A DNA stretch of 59,743 nt, filler included, from Sphacelaria rigidula (taxonomy: Eukaryota), in assembly GCA_964200075.2 (NCBI GenBank). It is 10 parts of 10 records of this genome, joined end to end, with 100 filler letters (N's around TTAATTAATTAA, not from the genome) between each part and the next. Parts side by side here need not be neighbours in the genome. Positions count along the whole stretch, not along the records: positions 53,861 to 59,743 come from CAXNAA020023747.1; 9 more parts are not named here. One strand, written 5' to 3'. This document shows, in pieces, positions 56,901 through 59,743 of this stretch; the stretch's first letter is position 1; every line of letters begins with the position of its first letter. The notes below the pieces were generated by a model, which saw only the letters and a list, made by a program, of their open reading frames with translations, was not told the origin of the DNA and did not search any database. The position numbers and the translations under genes are program-made.

Positions 56901-59743
56901 TGCCTCTATGGCACTTGGGTTTTGTTCCCCAGGGAATCCGCCCCTTCCCCCTTGTTCGCGCACCTTGCCACTGTTGTTTTTAGTTTCCTACTTGTGCGGG
57001 TATATCTGTGTGCATATCAACGCTGTTGTGCACAACGTTTCGTTCTCCCCCCCCTGTGTTCCTTGCCTGTATTGCACAGTTTTGTCGGAATCATTTCCTG
57101 GTACTTCCGCCCCTTCACACATCTTTCTCTTTTTCCTCCGGAGCAAAGCCGCCTTTTCCAGTTAACGAATTGCTACTGTTTATGGCCACTATTTGAGTAG
57201 CCGTGCGGCGTTGAAACTAGACCCTTGTAGTCAAGTCCTCACGCTGAACTTACAACATTCGCCCAGGTTTGATTCTGGCAGTCTACTGTTTTGTCTGCTG
57301 CCTACGCCGCCGTTTGCTGCGTGCCCCAATTGGCTACTTATGATCGTCCCACACCCAACTTTGCTACACTATCAAGGTTACCCTCCCGATTGTTGCATCC
57401 TGTAGACCTAGCCACCATTATCACTCAAGAGATCGTTCACATGATTCGCAGGGGTGTCTGCTTGAAGGACAGGTGGATGCCGGGTTGGCGGAATTGCCGC
57501 TGGAGCAGCGCGTAGCTGTGGACACGCCTTGTATGATCGAAACAACAGGGGCGTGTGACCCGCCTAAGGCGGGTACGAAGCGCGACCTGCAAGCTCGTGA
57601 TGCTGTGAGCGATCACTATTCTGATGGCGACGACGAGCGTCGCGTGGTGTTGGGGTGATCATGTCCACTGCTGTATGAATGGACAGGTTTGGCGTTTTTG
57701 GCGGCGTTGATTGCGGTGTCTTTGCCGCTGAACGGTCAGGTGCTGGAGGAGGATGGCGTGATGCCATCGGGAGGTGTTGCTGTGCGGAACTGCATGGATG
57801 TTCCCGTTTCGCCTCTTATTTCCTCTGTAAAAGCGACTGAAGAACGAGCGTTCGTGAATGCGCAAGCATCTGTGGGGGCGGAGGATTTGTCGCATTGGTT
57901 TGGCGGTGCGAATATACCTTTTAGAGGCGTGTTGAGCCACACCATGGGGTGCCAGGTGTAGCTAGGCTGAAGGTGCAAAGAGGGAGTGTCCGAGAGGAAA
58001 GGATGCACTACGCTATGCACGGGGTTGTGGTTGGAGTGCTGCTGTTTCTCAGGAGCGGGCTGGAGGACTACAAAGAAGGCATTACCTGAGGTGTTTGCTG
58101 TTGTGGTGAGCGCCGAGTTGGGTGATGATTTTGAGGAGAAAGTGCTGAGGTGATTGAGTGCTTGTTGAGAATGAGGAAGCACATTATGACTGGTATTCGC
58201 GAATCGTTTTGAGAGTGGTTTCAGCTTGTTATTGTGTGGTACGTGGCCATGTTTGCACATCAAGCATGGTTGTTGGGCGAGTATGATCGTATCGCGTGTG
58301 CAGGGTAAAACTCTGGCGTACACGTGGATCTTTGGCATGTGTGTGTTGTGCTGATGTGGTTGGCATGGACGATGCATGGTGTTTGCTGCGAGGAAGGTGG
58401 CATTGCATGTGCTGAGTGGAAATTTGGCAGGTTTGTGCGAACTTTTTCTCGAATGGTACTGATATGAATGGTATCTGGTAACGACCTAGGGTGGGGCAGT
58501 ATTCAATGTATGCCAAATGAAGTGAACCTCGTATAATCTTACACGCGTAGGAACACAGTCGAATCATGTTTGTGCGGTTTGCACGTACTGACTGCAGGAT
58601 ATATGGATTGCTGCTGTTAGCGTGGAAATGAGCAATACTCCACGAAATACGTAGGCTCGTACTGACTGTAGGAGACGGTGATACCTGCTGTTAGCGTGAA
58701 CATGAGCTGAAAGGTACGAAATGCGTAGGCTCGTCGTATGTGAGCAGGTGTGACGCGAGTGCTTCCGGTGGTTGAAGATAAAGACATTATGCGCTCATGA
58801 ATCAATGATCTTTGACCGTGGCACGTTTTTGTATGGGTTGTCACGTGTTTGAACGAACACGTGGTTGGGTTTTCGTTCATGTCAGAAGGAGAATGTGGAT
58901 GATGTGTTCATTTATTCAAAGAACTGGTGCAGGTGGACTGCAAGAGTGTCAAGGAAATCATTATTTCTACATTTTGGCTGATGCACGGATGGGATATGAC
59001 GGTCCAACATACAAACGAGATATAGAAATGTCTGGGATTTGCTTGAAAACAAGAGTTCGAGAACGAGCTCAAGAGGGGTGATCAATGATGACGGAGGTCG
59101 AGGTCCGTTCGCCGTCGTTGGATTTGTATGCATGACTTGAATAGCGGTTTGAGTCATGGCTTTCCTTTGATTGTCTGAATAAAATGATGGCAAGTTGAAG
59201 CATTGAAGTTGTGACGGCGGGGAGGCATGCAGCGCATACGTTTTTTACGGGGTTGCAGAAGCAAGAGGCCAGGTGCGTTTGAGACGTGTTGGGTGCATTA
59301 TTTCCTTCTAGCGTGACGATGGTGTATCATTTGGTTGTTGCACTCCGTCGCGCAGGGGTTGAACGTACAAAAAGTGCATTTTGTATGTCGAGAAGAACCT
59401 TGTCTCGGAGGAGAGGGACGATGAGTCACGAATCTTCTGGAGTTTGACGTTCGCTAACATTTCCAGTTTTGTGCCGATGAAGAGTCAAGAGACCTGTTTT
59501 GGGCGAAGATTTGAGAATTCGGCGCTAGCTATCGCTTTGTTACTCGAGGTGGTGCAAGTAGCGTGGTTGCATGTTCATGATGGACGATGTTTTCTTGGAA
59601 TCTCTTGCGAGTTGTTCGAAAGTGGGGCGAGCTTGTATAGAGCTGTTATCGAATTCAGCGGAAGAGATTGCTATTAACAACAAATTGTGAGAATTGAGGT
59701 TTAACTTCGAGATGAGGCTCAAGCCTAAAACAGTGCTTTCCCC

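Noticed and set aside
1..59743. Fanzor/TnpB, tyrosine recombinase, giant-virus or bacterial defence genes
   Set aside because: No RuvC, recombinase, capsid or operon-like ORFs recognised by eye; highly decayed copies cannot be excluded without HMM searches

Overview
This window is not one genomic locus. It is ten small contigs (5885, 5885, 5885, 5885, 5884, 5884, 5884, 5884, 5884 and 5883 bp, sorted by length) joined by identical artificial 100-bp linkers (N44-TTAATTAATTAA-N44). The content is repeat-rich eukaryotic nuclear DNA, most consistent with a brown alga (Phaeophyceae); that is inferred from splice-site style, TTAGGG motifs and TE types, not from a marker gene. Well-supported features: the last four coding exons of a DDX10/Dbp4 DEAD-box helicase gene (minus strand, 25605-29577); a 5' Ty1/Copia fragment; a two-LTR chromodomain Ty3/Gypsy element lacking its RT core; RTE-type and other LINE relics; a tRNA-derived SINE family; a 2.35-kb non-autonomous hAT element with ACGT-rich ends; and many MITEs, foldbacks and microsatellites. 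I found no CRISPR array, rRNA, intact tRNA, Fanzor/TnpB or intact transposase. The most interesting signals are LINE-derived elements that end in poly(C) and stack head-to-tail on C-tracts, a Copia PBS that resembles a tRNA-Arg anticodon arm, a MITE carrying a spliced exon-like segment with third-position-biased divergence, and a possible decayed duplicate exon inside a DDX10 intron. All protein assignments are by eye from motifs; no database search was run.
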